DNA of 64,000 nucleotides from a candidate division FCPU426 bacterium (GTDB lineage Bacteria > Oederibacteriota > Muellerivitia > Muellerivitales > Muellerivitaceae). The stretch lies in NCBI GenBank assembly GCA_963719085.1, contig CAVRAL010000001.1, positions 1,216,001 through 1,280,000 on the forward strand. Direction: 5' to 3'. Positions 53,538-62,455 of this stretch are shown in pieces; position 1 is the first letter of the stretch, and every line of letters begins with the position of its first letter. The notes beneath the pieces are model-generated. The model worked only from the letters and a program-made list of their open reading frames with translations, was not told where the DNA came from and did not search any database. The position numbers and the translations under genes are program-made.

Positions 53538-55614
53538 ATTACGGCGCCGGATAAATCAGCCTTAACCAGCAATGCCCGTTGCTTCCCTACCCCAACCACT
53601 TTCCCCCATCATCAAAAAATGAATCACCTCAAAATCAGGACCTTCGTGCCAGCCGTACTGCTCTGGCCTTTTGATTTCACCGTCACCGTCACGTAATAAA
53701 CCCCATTGGCCAAAGACGCCCCGGCCAAATCCCTCTCATCCCAATAAATCACATGGTTCCCCGACGAGCCCAAACTGGCCCCGGTCACCGTGGTGGTCCA
53801 GATCTGCCGGCTCGCCAGCGTGAACACCCGGAATGTCACCTGCGCGTCCGGATCCACCACCGTGGGCGAGCCCACTTCCTGCGCGGACGCCCCCGAGGCG
53901 CCCGCGCCAGCGGTCAAGTTGACCGAGAGGTTGACCCCGCTCCCCGTGGAGGGATTCGGAAAAGCCACCACGCTGGCTGACTTCAAGGCCGAAGTCACGG
54001 CGGTCGGTTCTTGCCCCCACACCAGTACCCCGCCCAAATACACCGTGATTTTGGTCGTCTGGGTAAAACTGGTGTCCGCCGCGTAGCTCCAGTCGTTGCT
54101 CTGGGTCATGTTGCTGTAATCGCTCTTGTTGAACCGGCCTTGCACCTCAATAAACTGACCCGGTTGCAATACCAAGTTCCCGGAAAACTTGTAGCTGATG
54201 TAGTCGGTCTGCCCACCCAGAGTCGTGGGTTGAACCGTCGTCTGGACATCCCCCGTGACCGAAGTCCCGGCGGGCATAAGTCCGGCCCAGTCGACCCAAG
54301 ACTGCAGGCTTTGGCCCGTGCAGTCGCAATTGAACCAGTAGCGCACTTCCACGTTGTTTAGGTTCAAAGGCGCCGTCCCTGTGTTTTTAACCTCAATCTG
54401 GGGATGGGGGCTGTTGGTGGTATTCGCCGTGACCCCCGACAACAAATACACCGTCAAGGATCCCGCGCCGGCGGGAGTCGCCGTATTCGTCGGCGCCAGA
54501 GTGGGCGTTGAAGTCCACGTCGCTGACGCGGTCGGCGGCACTGGGGTCCTAGTTAAAGTAGCCGTGCTGGTGGATGTCGGAGGCACCGCGGTCGCGGTCC
54601 AAGTCTTCGTGAAGGTATTCGTGGGTGTCGCTGTCACAGTCGATGTCACCGTTGAGGTCGCGGTCGGCGGCACCGGAGTATGGGTCGCCGTGAACGTGGG
54701 CGGCAATGGGGTATTCGTCAAAGTTGGCGGCACCGGGCTCGAGGTCCAGGTAGGCGTATCTGACGCCGATGCCGAAGCTGTAGGCGAGGCAGTTTCGGAG
54801 GCGGTGGTCGTGACCACTAAAGTAGCGGTGCTGGTAACGGTCGGCGGCAAGGTCGCCGTCAGAGTCGGCGGCAAAGTCGCCGTCGAAGTCGGCGGCACCG
54901 GCGTATTTGTCCTAGTCGCGGTCGACGTCAATGAAGCCGTCGACGTTAAAGTCGGAGGTATCGGCGTAGCCGTCAAAGACGGCGTGGCCGTTTTCGTTGC
55001 CGTAGCCGTAGCCGAGGCGGTTGGGGTAGACGTCGCGCTAGCCGTCGCTGTGCGGGTCGGCGTGGCGAGCGCCGGCTGCGGAATCAACTGCAAGGCCTCC
55101 ACCACGGCGCTCGTATCCGGGCTGTTCGTGCCGATGAATTGGATCGTCACCGCTCCCGCGCTGGGAGCGATGTTATTGAGTACTTCGTTCAGGGCCTTGT
55201 TCCCTCCCACTTGGGCGAAAATATCCAGGTTCGAGATGACCGTCACCCCGTTCACGAGAACGTTGAAAATACGGTCCCCAGCCGCCATATCACCCGAATA
55301 GGTTTCGGCGAAAAGTAAGGTCGCCTGATAGGTTCCGGTTGGAACATGGAAGATGTAGCTGAAATTCGAGCCATAGCGCTGGGTGTCATAAAGCGTGGAA
55401 TCGTTGGTTCCCGCGATCGTCCCGCCTTCGGCGATGGTGCTGCCCGCCGTAAATTGGGTATCGGCCGACCAAGCGTTCCCGAGTGAATCGGTATAAGCCG
55501 GGCCGCCCGCGTTCACGCGCCAAGTGGAGGCGATAATCGGGGCCGGTGTGCTGGTGAAAGTCGCCGTTGGAGTAGGAGGAACCGCCGTAGCCGTCCTCGT
55601 TGGCGTGGCCGGCA
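50743..55614. repeat. Two modules duplicated between GH30 and GH62 genes: 51655-52216 / 55053-55614 (malectin) and 50743-51202 / 54006-54465 (CBM3)
   Basis: Constant offsets 3398 and 3263 at both ends of each block; long identical DNA runs. Confidence 0.85.
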
Positions 55615-56683
55615 CGGGCGTCGGGGTAGTTGCCTTGTTCGCCTTGGAGGTCGCCAAGCCAAGCTGCCAGGGAATTAAGTTGTAGGAACTGGCCCCATTA
55701 TTGGGATTGTCGCCCTGGTAGAGAAAGGTCAGGTTGTTGAGGTTGATGGAATCGGTCTGGTCATCGCCGTCAATGACCGCCCCGCCGCTGCTGAAGTCCG
55801 AGGTCCAGTTCGAGACGCCGGAATTAAAGGTGACATTGTGCGAACCCAGAAAAGGGGTGTTGAGGTTCGCCGTATTGCCCAGCGGCGTCCAGGTTCCGCC
55901 CAGGCTGGTGGCGGTCAAGGCGCGGAAGAAGCGGTGGCCGTCGCTGCCGATGCACTCAATGTCGGCCAGATAGCCCCCGCCATTTTCCACAGTATAAACA
56001 TTGTCCGCCTCAAAGAGATTGAACTCCGTATCCGTGTAGACGATGACAGGCGTGTTAAATCCATTGGGAAAGTTCGCGAGCGAAGTTGAGCTACGGTAGA
56101 AGTTCCCGTTGTCCCCGCAGAAGAACAGGTAGGCGTTGGTGGAATCGCAGATGACCCAGAAATCTATCCAATTGCTCACGCTCGAGGGCTGAGACGCGAA
56201 GAAATTCTTAGGCGTCGTCCAATTTTGGGGCTGGGTCGGGTCGCTATTGGTGGAGTACTGGGGTTGTCCGCTCTGAAAGATCAGGTACCATTTGTTCTGG
56301 GGGGCGAAATAAAAAACTTGGGGCGCGGTGTGATAGCCCGAGAAACCGGCGGTGTTGTCCATGAAATAAGGCGTGGCGGCGCCGGCCTGGCTCCAATCGC
56401 TGAAGTGCAGGTATTCCATGCCGTAGTTGCCGGCCGAGTTGACCGAAGAGGCGTAAACGATGTATTGGCCGTTATAGAAGACCGTGGAAGGGTCCTTCAC
56501 GGCGATCATGTTGTGGGTGGAGTCGCTCTTGGGAGTGATGAGGGGGGCGGTCGATGTCCATGAAAAGGAGGTGGGAATGGTCTGGGCGTCGAGCGCGGAA
56601 ACATTCGCCCCGAGTAGTAGGATGATCAGGCTCGGCAGAGCCGCTTTTAAAGATTTCAATTCCATCTCCTCAGTTCTTTTCAC
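53624..56683 (-). CDS. GH62 alpha-L-arabinofuranosidase + malectin + T/P linker + CBM3 + C-terminal sorting-like domain
   Basis: KDPS, APQVFYFAPQNKWYL, WIDFWVICD..NAYLFF..DNG, LFEA..VY, R.FR..TA.SL.G.W, FLYQG; FPNP...ANGVYY...KVLILR; start may be ATG 56665. Confidence 0.9.
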   Translation of the reverse strand: MKRTEEMELKSLKAALPSLIILLLGANVSALDAQTIPTSFSWTSTAPLITPKSDSTHNMIAVKDPSTVFYNGQYIVYASSVNSAGNYGMEYLHFSDWSQAGAATPYFMDNTAGFSGYHTAPQVFYFAPQNKWYLIFQSGQPQYSTNSDPTQPQNWTTPKNFFASQPSSVSNWIDFWVICDSTNAYLFFCGDNGNFYRSSTSLANFPNGFNTPVIVYTDTEFNLFEADNVYTVENGGGYLADIECIGSDGHRFFRALTATSLGGTWTPLGNTANLNTPFLGSHNVTFNSGVSNWTSDFSSGGAVIDGDDQTDSINLNNLTFLYQGDNPNNGASSYNLIPWQLGLATSKANKATTPTPVPATPTRTATAVPPTPTATFTSTPAPIIASTWRVNAGGPAYTDSLGNAWSADTQFTAGSTIAEGGTIAGTNDSTLYDTQRYGSNFSYIFHVPTGTYQATLLFAETYSGDMAAGDRIFNVLVNGVTVISNLDIFAQVGGNKALNEVLNNIAPSAGAVTIQFIGTNSPDTSAVVEALQLIPQPALATPTRTATASATSTPTASATATATKTATPSLTATPIPPTLTSTASLTSTATRTNTPVPPTSTATLPPTLTATLPPTVTSTATLVVTTTASETASPTASASASDTPTWTSSPVPPTLTNTPLPPTFTATHTPVPPTATSTVTSTVTATPTNTFTKTWTATAVPPTSTSTATLTRTPVPPTASATWTSTPTLAPTNTATPAGAGSLTVYLLSGVTANTTNSPHPQIEVKNTGTAPLNLNNVEVRYWFNCDCTGQSLQSWVDWAGLMPAGTSVTGDVQTTVQPTTLGGQTDYISYKFSGNLVLQPGQFIEVQGRFNKSDYSNMTQSNDWSYAADTSFTQTTKITVYLGGVLVWGQEPTAVTSALKSASVVAFPNPSTGSGVNLSVNLTAGAGASGASAQEVGSPTVVDPDAQVTFRVFTLASRQIWTTTVTGASLGSSGNHVIYWDERDLAGASLANGVYYVTVTVKSKGQSSTAGTKVLILR

Positions 56684-56920
56684 TTCTCGATCATGGCCTT
56701 CGAGGTCAGTGATCCAAATCCAAGGTCACCTGGATCCGGTCCTCCAAAAACGGTTTAAAATAAAATTTAAAAGTCAAACTGGGGCCCAACTGACAAAAGC
56801 CCTGACAGAATGGGTTGAGATGGCGGGGGCATGGTTCTGTCCAATAGATGGGTGTTTGGGGAAAAGACTCTATTCCCTAAAAACGATTAAAATTACGGAT
56901 TGAATGGGAAATCGGTAAAC

Positions 56921-58231
56921 CTAAGGGCTTTGCGGGTGGGCGGCTTCGTACTGGTCCAACCAAGCTTTCAACTTCACATCCGACGGGTTCAACCGGTAGG
57001 CCTGCTCCAAACATTGAACCGACAACTGGGTCTTCCCGGCCTTCCAATAAGCCAAGCCTAATTGATGCCAAGCCTCGGCATCCTGGGGATTGTCTTCGGT
57101 GGCTTTCTCGTATTGTTGAATCAAGGCCGCGGCCGCGAAATCCGTCACGGTGGCCGGGCCGCTGGCGGGAACCTCAAATAGCACCTTCACGGAAGATTTG
57201 GCCGGGCCGGGCGTGACCGCGGGCACAGGCGTGGGAACCGGCGTCACGAAAACCGTCACCGCTTTGACCGGAACGGGTGTTGGATTGGGGAAATCATAAG
57301 AAAGGCTGATCCGGTGGGAAGTCCCCAAGTCCCCATAGGGGACAAAAGCGTAATCCAAAGTGAGCGGCTCCAGCCGGATTCCCGCCCCCGCGCTGAAATT
57401 GGTAAAGCCCGAGACTTGGTTGTCCGAAAGCGGAAGTTGATAGCCCAGCCTCAAGAAATAGTTTTTTTGGAATCCCGCCTCGATCCCTCCCTGGAGCCGG
57501 CTCACCCCCTGGGGCTCGTAATCACCCGAGAAAGCCGTCAAAAAAGATAGGTCGCTGTTGAGATGAAAAAGACAGGAAAGGCCGCCTTTCAAATCGCTGG
57601 CGAGGGCTTGACCCGACACGGGCGTCCCAAAGCCGGAATAAACCAGGCCCAACCGAAAATCTTTCTCAGGGATCCACAACAACCCCGCTTCCCCGGCCAG
57701 GCTGGAGTAAAGTGAATCCACTATTTTTTGCTGGGTCCCATAAAGCGCCACGCCCATCGAAAAACCCTTCGCCCATTCCTTTCCCCATCCAATACTCAAT
57801 GCGATGTCGTTATCCAAGTAGGTACCCTGGTCGACCCCTGAGGAATCCCGCGCGTCCAGGGCTCCCCAAAAGACATATTGGAGCGCCCCCGCGAATCCGC
57901 CCAGGCCGCCCGCGGGCAGGCCCACTAAAAGGGTTTCCTCAAAGGTGCTTCCCAAGTAGCTGTTGTGGTTCAAGCTGATGCGGGTGTCGGCCAGGCCCGA
58001 GAGGCCCGCGCTGTTGAAAAACAAGGCCGAGTTATCATCGGCCAGACCCGCGAAAGCGTCCCCCATCGCGTCCGCGCGGGCGGAAGCCCCCAGCGCGCTT
58101 AAGGGCGTTACCAGCGACGCGTTGGGGGAAATTACCTGCCCCCAAACCACCGCGCCGAAAAAAAACAAAAACACTCCCCCGCGTCCCAACGAGACAAAAC
58201 CCGCGCGTAAAAAATAAAAAGAGCGCGTCAT
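56921..58231 (-). CDS. PorV/PorQ-like (UPF0164, FadL-type) outer-membrane barrel fused to Pro linker and TPR
   Basis: G.SARA.AMGDAF.GLADD.SALFFN.AGL; LRLGY; GAG...LDYAFVPYGDLGTSHRISLSY.F; TPR AEAWHQLG..Y. Confidence 0.85.
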   Translation of the reverse strand: MTRSFYFLRAGFVSLGRGGVFLFFFGAVVWGQVISPNASLVTPLSALGASARADAMGDAFAGLADDNSALFFNSAGLSGLADTRISLNHNSYLGSTFEETLLVGLPAGGLGGFAGALQYVFWGALDARDSSGVDQGTYLDNDIALSIGWGKEWAKGFSMGVALYGTQQKIVDSLYSSLAGEAGLLWIPEKDFRLGLVYSGFGTPVSGQALASDLKGGLSCLFHLNSDLSFLTAFSGDYEPQGVSRLQGGIEAGFQKNYFLRLGYQLPLSDNQVSGFTNFSAGAGIRLEPLTLDYAFVPYGDLGTSHRISLSYDFPNPTPVPVKAVTVFVTPVPTPVPAVTPGPAKSSVKVLFEVPASGPATVTDFAAAALIQQYEKATEDNPQDAEAWHQLGLAYWKAGKTQLSVQCLEQAYRLNPSDVKLKAWLDQYEAAHPQSP

Positions 58232-59646
58232 TTTTTCACGGCCAGGATTTGGGTTTGGAACGACTGCGTTTGTCCCGAGTCATAATGAAGGACCACGTGA
58301 TAAAAATAATGGCCGGGCGCGAAGGAACGCACATCCAAGGAACTGGAAGCTTCCCCGGCGGCCTTAGCCTCATTGACCGTGGCCGCCAAGTTGCCCCAGG
58401 CATTCCAAACCTGGATGTCGGCTTTTCCCGGCTGGGCCATGGTGTACACAAAGGTGACCGTGGGACCCGAGGTCGGATTGGAGTAAACGTAAGGCTGGTT
58501 CACCGGCACCGGCGGGGTAGCCACGGGCGTGGGACAAGCGGAACCGATCGCCAGGCTGGCGTAAGCGGCGGTATTTAAATAGTCGTCCTCATTACCGTTA
58601 AGCATCATTTGACCGTCCCGGCAATTGCCCCCGTTGTGGTTGATATCCAATCCCACGTCAAATCCCAGCTCCGTTCCGTCCGAAGGCGTCATCCCCAAGG
58701 TCGTCCAAGGAATGGAGGCTTCCACAATGTACCCGCCCGCGGTCGTTGTGGTTTTCATCACCACGCCGGTTACGCGGCCGTTGCTTTCCACCGGCGTCGT
58801 GTCGCCCCACCGGAAAAAATACTCAAAATCATGGGACGTAATGGTCAGCGACTGGTCATTGGCGGTGTTCAAGTAAAGCTCCACGGTCGAGTTATGCCAA
58901 AGTGTGCCGGTTCCCGTGTTGGTCAATTGACTGTCCGTCACTTGGGCGCCGAGATAAAGGTTGCTGGAGTCCCATAAAAATTTGACCAGCGCCGAGGAGC
59001 CAAAACTCTGCCCGGAAACCGTCTTGGTGACCGAGGCGAAGGGGCTCCCGCTGTTCCAGGCCCAATCATCCAGGATCCCATCCACCACCGCGGTTTGTTG
59101 GCAGGCGTTGAGGATTTGAGGCGTGGGCGTGGGCGCCGGCAACGCGCCGGAAAAAAGATTCTCATGGGGGACGGGGCTCAAAGCTTGGGAAGCGCTTTGC
59201 CATATCAGTTGAATTTGGGGCGTTCCCCCGTTGGCGAAATAATCGACTTCAATCGGAACCTTGGTTCCCGCCGTCATCGGAACGGTTCCCGTAAAGGTCG
59301 ACAAGGTCGTGTTTTCAGTCCACTGGCTCACCAAGACTTGTCCGTTGACGATGACGCTCACCCCGCCATTGACATCCGCCGTGAAGGTGTAAGTCTCGCT
59401 ATAGTCCGCTTCAATTTGGCCGGTCCACTTGACCGAAAAGGCGCTGGGGGAAACCCCGGGATTGGGCGGACACCCTTGCCAAAAATACTCGACCGCGGGA
59501 TCCACTTCCGTCACCACCGCGGTGTTGAAATTGACGCCGTTGTAATAAACCGCTTGAAGGCCGTCCCCGTTGGTTTGGGAAAGTCCGAGGGAAGGAATCA
59601 TGGATAGGAAAAAGACGAGGAAAAACTCAAAACGTTTTAAATCCAT
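58228..59646 (-). CDS. Secreted PA14 + CBM9-like non-catalytic protein with C-terminal sorting-like domain
   Basis: GL...YY...F, FSVKWTGQI...Y.ETYTF, VPIEVDYF (PA14); VDG.LDDW.W, WD..NLY, GY.VE..IPW..LG (CBM9); YSNP...APG.Y; ATG 59646 after GGGAGG; ATGA overlap with barrel gene. Confidence 0.85.
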   Translation of the reverse strand: MDLKRFEFFLVFFLSMIPSLGLSQTNGDGLQAVYYNGVNFNTAVVTEVDPAVEYFWQGCPPNPGVSPSAFSVKWTGQIEADYSETYTFTADVNGGVSVIVNGQVLVSQWTENTTLSTFTGTVPMTAGTKVPIEVDYFANGGTPQIQLIWQSASQALSPVPHENLFSGALPAPTPTPQILNACQQTAVVDGILDDWAWNSGSPFASVTKTVSGQSFGSSALVKFLWDSSNLYLGAQVTDSQLTNTGTGTLWHNSTVELYLNTANDQSLTITSHDFEYFFRWGDTTPVESNGRVTGVVMKTTTTAGGYIVEASIPWTTLGMTPSDGTELGFDVGLDINHNGGNCRDGQMMLNGNEDDYLNTAAYASLAIGSACPTPVATPPVPVNQPYVYSNPTSGPTVTFVYTMAQPGKADIQVWNAWGNLAATVNEAKAAGEASSSLDVRSFAPGHYFYHVVLHYDSGQTQSFQTQILAVKK

Positions 59647-59713
59647 CGCAAGAAAAACCTCCCGAGGAATTAATCTTATTATGCTTCCAGTCGGAAAGTT
59701 AAACCCTAAAAAT

Positions 59714-60370
59714 TTATTTGAGATTGAGGCGGATAGCCTTAGTTTGGTGGGAATCCCCGGTTTGAACGTCAATCCTATAGTTCCCCGCGGGCGCCGGTTC
59801 CCCCGCCGAAAGATTCCCGTCCCACTGGAAAGCCCTTTGGCCCGGCTCCACAAAACCGGTGAATAAGTGCCGTACTTCTTGGCCCGCCGCGTCCAAAACC
59901 CGGACCGTCACCAATGACTTTTCCCGTGTGTCCACTACCACGCTTAATTCCTCGCCTTCCGCCGAAGGAGCGGTTGCTTCGGAGTGAACAGGCGCCGACG
60001 GGGATTTCAGGATGACTTTAGGCTCGAGAACCCGCGAAACAGGCGCCATCGGCGCGAGGGGCTGCGGCGCGGCCGGTTGGACGATTTCAGAAACCGGCCA
60101 GAATTTCCAGACCAACAGACCCACCCCGGCGGCGACCGCCGCCGCCAAGCCCGCCCAACCCAGGGCTCCCAGTTTTCCGGCCGCGGGCGCCCATTTTTGA
60201 AGCGAACCGGGCAATTCGGGCAAAGGCAGTCCCGTCGCCAAATAATGGGTCTCAAGCAAGCCCTCAAAGCGCAAAGCCGAGTCCGGGGATTCTTGCAACA
60301 GCTTCCCCAACAAGTCCGCCTCGGACTCGCTCAGTTCCCGCTCAAAAAACGCTTGGATCAGGTCAACCAT
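59714..60370 (-). CDS. Putative anti-sigma factor with TM and FlgD-Ig C-terminal domain
   Basis: LIQAFFERELSESE helix; TM; Pro linker; VTVRVLDAAGQEVRHL...WDG...G.PAPAGNY; overlaps ECF stop. Confidence 0.78.
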   Translation of the reverse strand: MVDLIQAFFERELSESEADLLGKLLQESPDSALRFEGLLETHYLATGLPLPELPGSLQKWAPAAGKLGALGWAGLAAAVAAGVGLLVWKFWPVSEIVQPAAPQPLAPMAPVSRVLEPKVILKSPSAPVHSEATAPSAEGEELSVVVDTREKSLVTVRVLDAAGQEVRHLFTGFVEPGQRAFQWDGNLSAGEPAPAGNYRIDVQTGDSHQTKAIRLNLK

Positions 60371-60935
60371 TTCGCCCTTCCTCAATCATCTGTTCAACGA
60401 GGATCTTCAAAGCCTTTTTGCACCGCGACAACCGGGACATCACCGTCCCCAGCGGAATCTTCATCGACTTGCCGATCTCGATATAAGTCTTTTCTTCCTT
60501 ATCGCGCAAAATCACGATCTCCCGGCACTCGGCGCCGATCTTGTCCAAGCCTTTGTCGATCAGCTGAAGCTTGGCGGCCTTGTCCTCATCCCGGGACTTT
60601 TGAGCCTCGCCCTCCAGGGACTTATGCCGCAAAAGGTTTTCCAAATCCGCTTCTTCTTGAACCACCATCTTGGCCCGCGACCGGTACCGGTTATAACAAA
60701 GATAGATGCAAATCTGCGTCAACCAAGTGCCCAGCGCCGACCGAAACTCAAAAGCCGGGAGCTTTCGAAAGGCGATCATAAAAGCTTCCTGCACCAGGTC
60801 TTCCGCCTCCGAATCCCGATAGCCTAAGAGAAACACGCAATCCTTATAGAGGCGTTCCCGGTATTGGACGTAGAACTGGGTCTTAGCCGCTTCATCGCCC
60901 TGGAGAATTTTTTGAACCAACTCCCGGTCTTCCAA
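60363..60935 (-). CDS. ECF sigma factor
   Basis: AEDLVQEAF, FEFRS...TWL..I..., REIVILRD..E.TY.EI...M.IPLGTVMSRLSR. Confidence 0.95.
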   Translation of the reverse strand: MEDRELVQKILQGDEAAKTQFYVQYRERLYKDCVFLLGYRDSEAEDLVQEAFMIAFRKLPAFEFRSALGTWLTQICIYLCYNRYRSRAKMVVQEEADLENLLRHKSLEGEAQKSRDEDKAAKLQLIDKGLDKIGAECREIVILRDKEEKTYIEIGKSMKIPLGTVMSRLSRCKKALKILVEQMIEEGRNG

Positions 60936-60986
60936 ACATCCCCCTGAACATTAGCCTTTTGAAGAGGCCTTTTATTCCATTTTAAG

Positions 60987-61140
60987 GTGAAAAAAGTCTT
61001 TTTTCACGCGACTGAGGATGACGTAAAACCCGCCCTTTGCCTAGCTCAAAAATGCCCCAGCGTTAAAACCCAATATTTTTCGGGCAAACAAAAGGGTTTG
61101 AGGAATTAAAACATTCTAAAAAAAGAGGCGGGGTTTTCAA
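60987..61140 (-). promoter_or_regulatory. sigma70 promoter and 21-bp palindrome upstream of the ECF gene
   Basis: TTGAAA (61140-61135)-16 nt-TAGAAT (61118-61113); GTGAAAAAAG-T-CTTTTTTCAC (60987-61007). Confidence 0.5.
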
Positions 61141-61182
61141 CGCGGGAGGGACAAAACAGTCAAACCCATGGCCCAGTGAGGT

Positions 61183-61560
61183 TTATCCCGCCATCAACAA
61201 AACGAGCGGCATCACGAAACCCGCCGCGAGCAATGTCCAGATCACCCATCGGGGGCGGAAGTATTTAAACGCCATCACCAAGCCCAACCCCGTGCTGAAG
61301 ATGAACCCGGCGGACATCAGCAGAACAAATCCTTGGAGGGGCCAAGACGGCCGTGGCTGGGATGAGTCCGGCAATTTTTGATCCTTATGGATCTTCGCCA
61401 TGACCTTAAATATTTCAGGGGCCTGGTAGCCGCCTTTCACATCTTTGTGGAGCCGGAGTGTTTGGAAAGCCCCGGACAGGGTGAAAAAAAGCAAGGCGGG
61501 TGCGAAGAAGCATCCCAAAAGAAGGTGAACGCGGTTCAATCCGATCATTCCGGCTCCCAT
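61183..61560 (-). CDS. Small membrane protein, PepSY-TM-like
   Basis: R.H..LGCFFAP.LLFF.LSG.FQT..LH...IH; three TM segments. Confidence 0.7.
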   Translation of the reverse strand: MGAGMIGLNRVHLLLGCFFAPALLFFTLSGAFQTLRLHKDVKGGYQAPEIFKVMAKIHKDQKLPDSSQPRPSWPLQGFVLLMSAGFIFSTGLGLVMAFKYFRPRWVIWTLLAAGFVMPLVLLMAG

Positions 61561-61591
61561 CGATTAAAAACTCCGCCGCCCGGAATGATTT

Positions 61592-62353
61592 TTAATGGCT
61601 CTTTCGGGCGGCCCGGTGCGGGAAAAAAAGGACAAAAACTAAGATAAAAGCCAGCAGCGCCGCGGAAGCCGAATAACGGCTCAAAGCCAATCCCCCGTGA
61701 GCGATCGGTTTATCTAAAAAGTCGCCCAAGACGGCACCCAAGGGCCGGGTGAGGATGAAAGCCGCCCAAAAAAGAAAGGTTCGGGAAACCTTCGTCCAGT
61801 AATAAAGCCCCGCCAATACCGCTAAAAGCAGGAAGAACAAAACGCCGCCCCCCAGGTAACCCAAACCCGCCGAATCGGCGGTCCAATCCCCCAAGGCCGT
61901 GCCCAAGGTTTGCGAAAACATAATGGTGACCCAATAAAACATTTCAGATTTGGGTTCTTTGACCGTCTCAACCGCCACGGTTCCCAGTGTTCTATACCAA
62001 ATGAAAAGCGACCCCATCAACAGGCCCAAAAGAAGCGCGGAGCCTCCGGCGTAGCCAATCCCTAAGGACCGGTCGGCGAAATCGGCCAAGGTTGTTCCCA
62101 CGGTTGTCGTCGCGATGATCGTAAACCAGTAAATCAAAGGATGAAACCGCTCCGCCTTCATCTGAATGGTGACCGCGATAAGGAAAACAACCGCGAAAAT
62201 AGCCGTTCCCACCAGGTACCCCAGGTTCATCGACATCGAAACGGTATCCCCGCCGGTCTCGCCGAGCGTGGTGGCGGCGATTTTGATGAGCCAAAAAAGA
62301 ATCGTGATCTCGGGAACTTTGCTCAAAACACTTCCGCTTTTATTTTTTTTCAT
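61592..62353 (-). CDS. COG4705/DUF347 membrane protein
   Basis: SKVPEIT..FW..KI.ATTLGETGGD; FSQTLGTALGDW.AD; FW.AFILTRPLGA..GD. Confidence 0.88.
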   Translation of the reverse strand: MKKNKSGSVLSKVPEITILFWLIKIAATTLGETGGDTVSMSMNLGYLVGTAIFAVVFLIAVTIQMKAERFHPLIYWFTIIATTTVGTTLADFADRSLGIGYAGGSALLLGLLMGSLFIWYRTLGTVAVETVKEPKSEMFYWVTIMFSQTLGTALGDWTADSAGLGYLGGGVLFFLLLAVLAGLYYWTKVSRTFLFWAAFILTRPLGAVLGDFLDKPIAHGGLALSRYSASAALLAFILVFVLFFPHRAARKSH

Positions 62354-62455
62354 GTTGATCCAGGAACGCGGGATTTTTTCGAGATTGAACGGCTTAGCTT
62401 AACACGGACTTCCGGGGCCGGCCTTCGCATTCCCATCCTTAAAAAGCCGGTCCAT

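Noticed and set aside
56690..56920. Shared ECF promoter motif (GGAATA) upstream of GH62 and ECF genes
   Set aside because: No consistent -10 element or spacing between the sites
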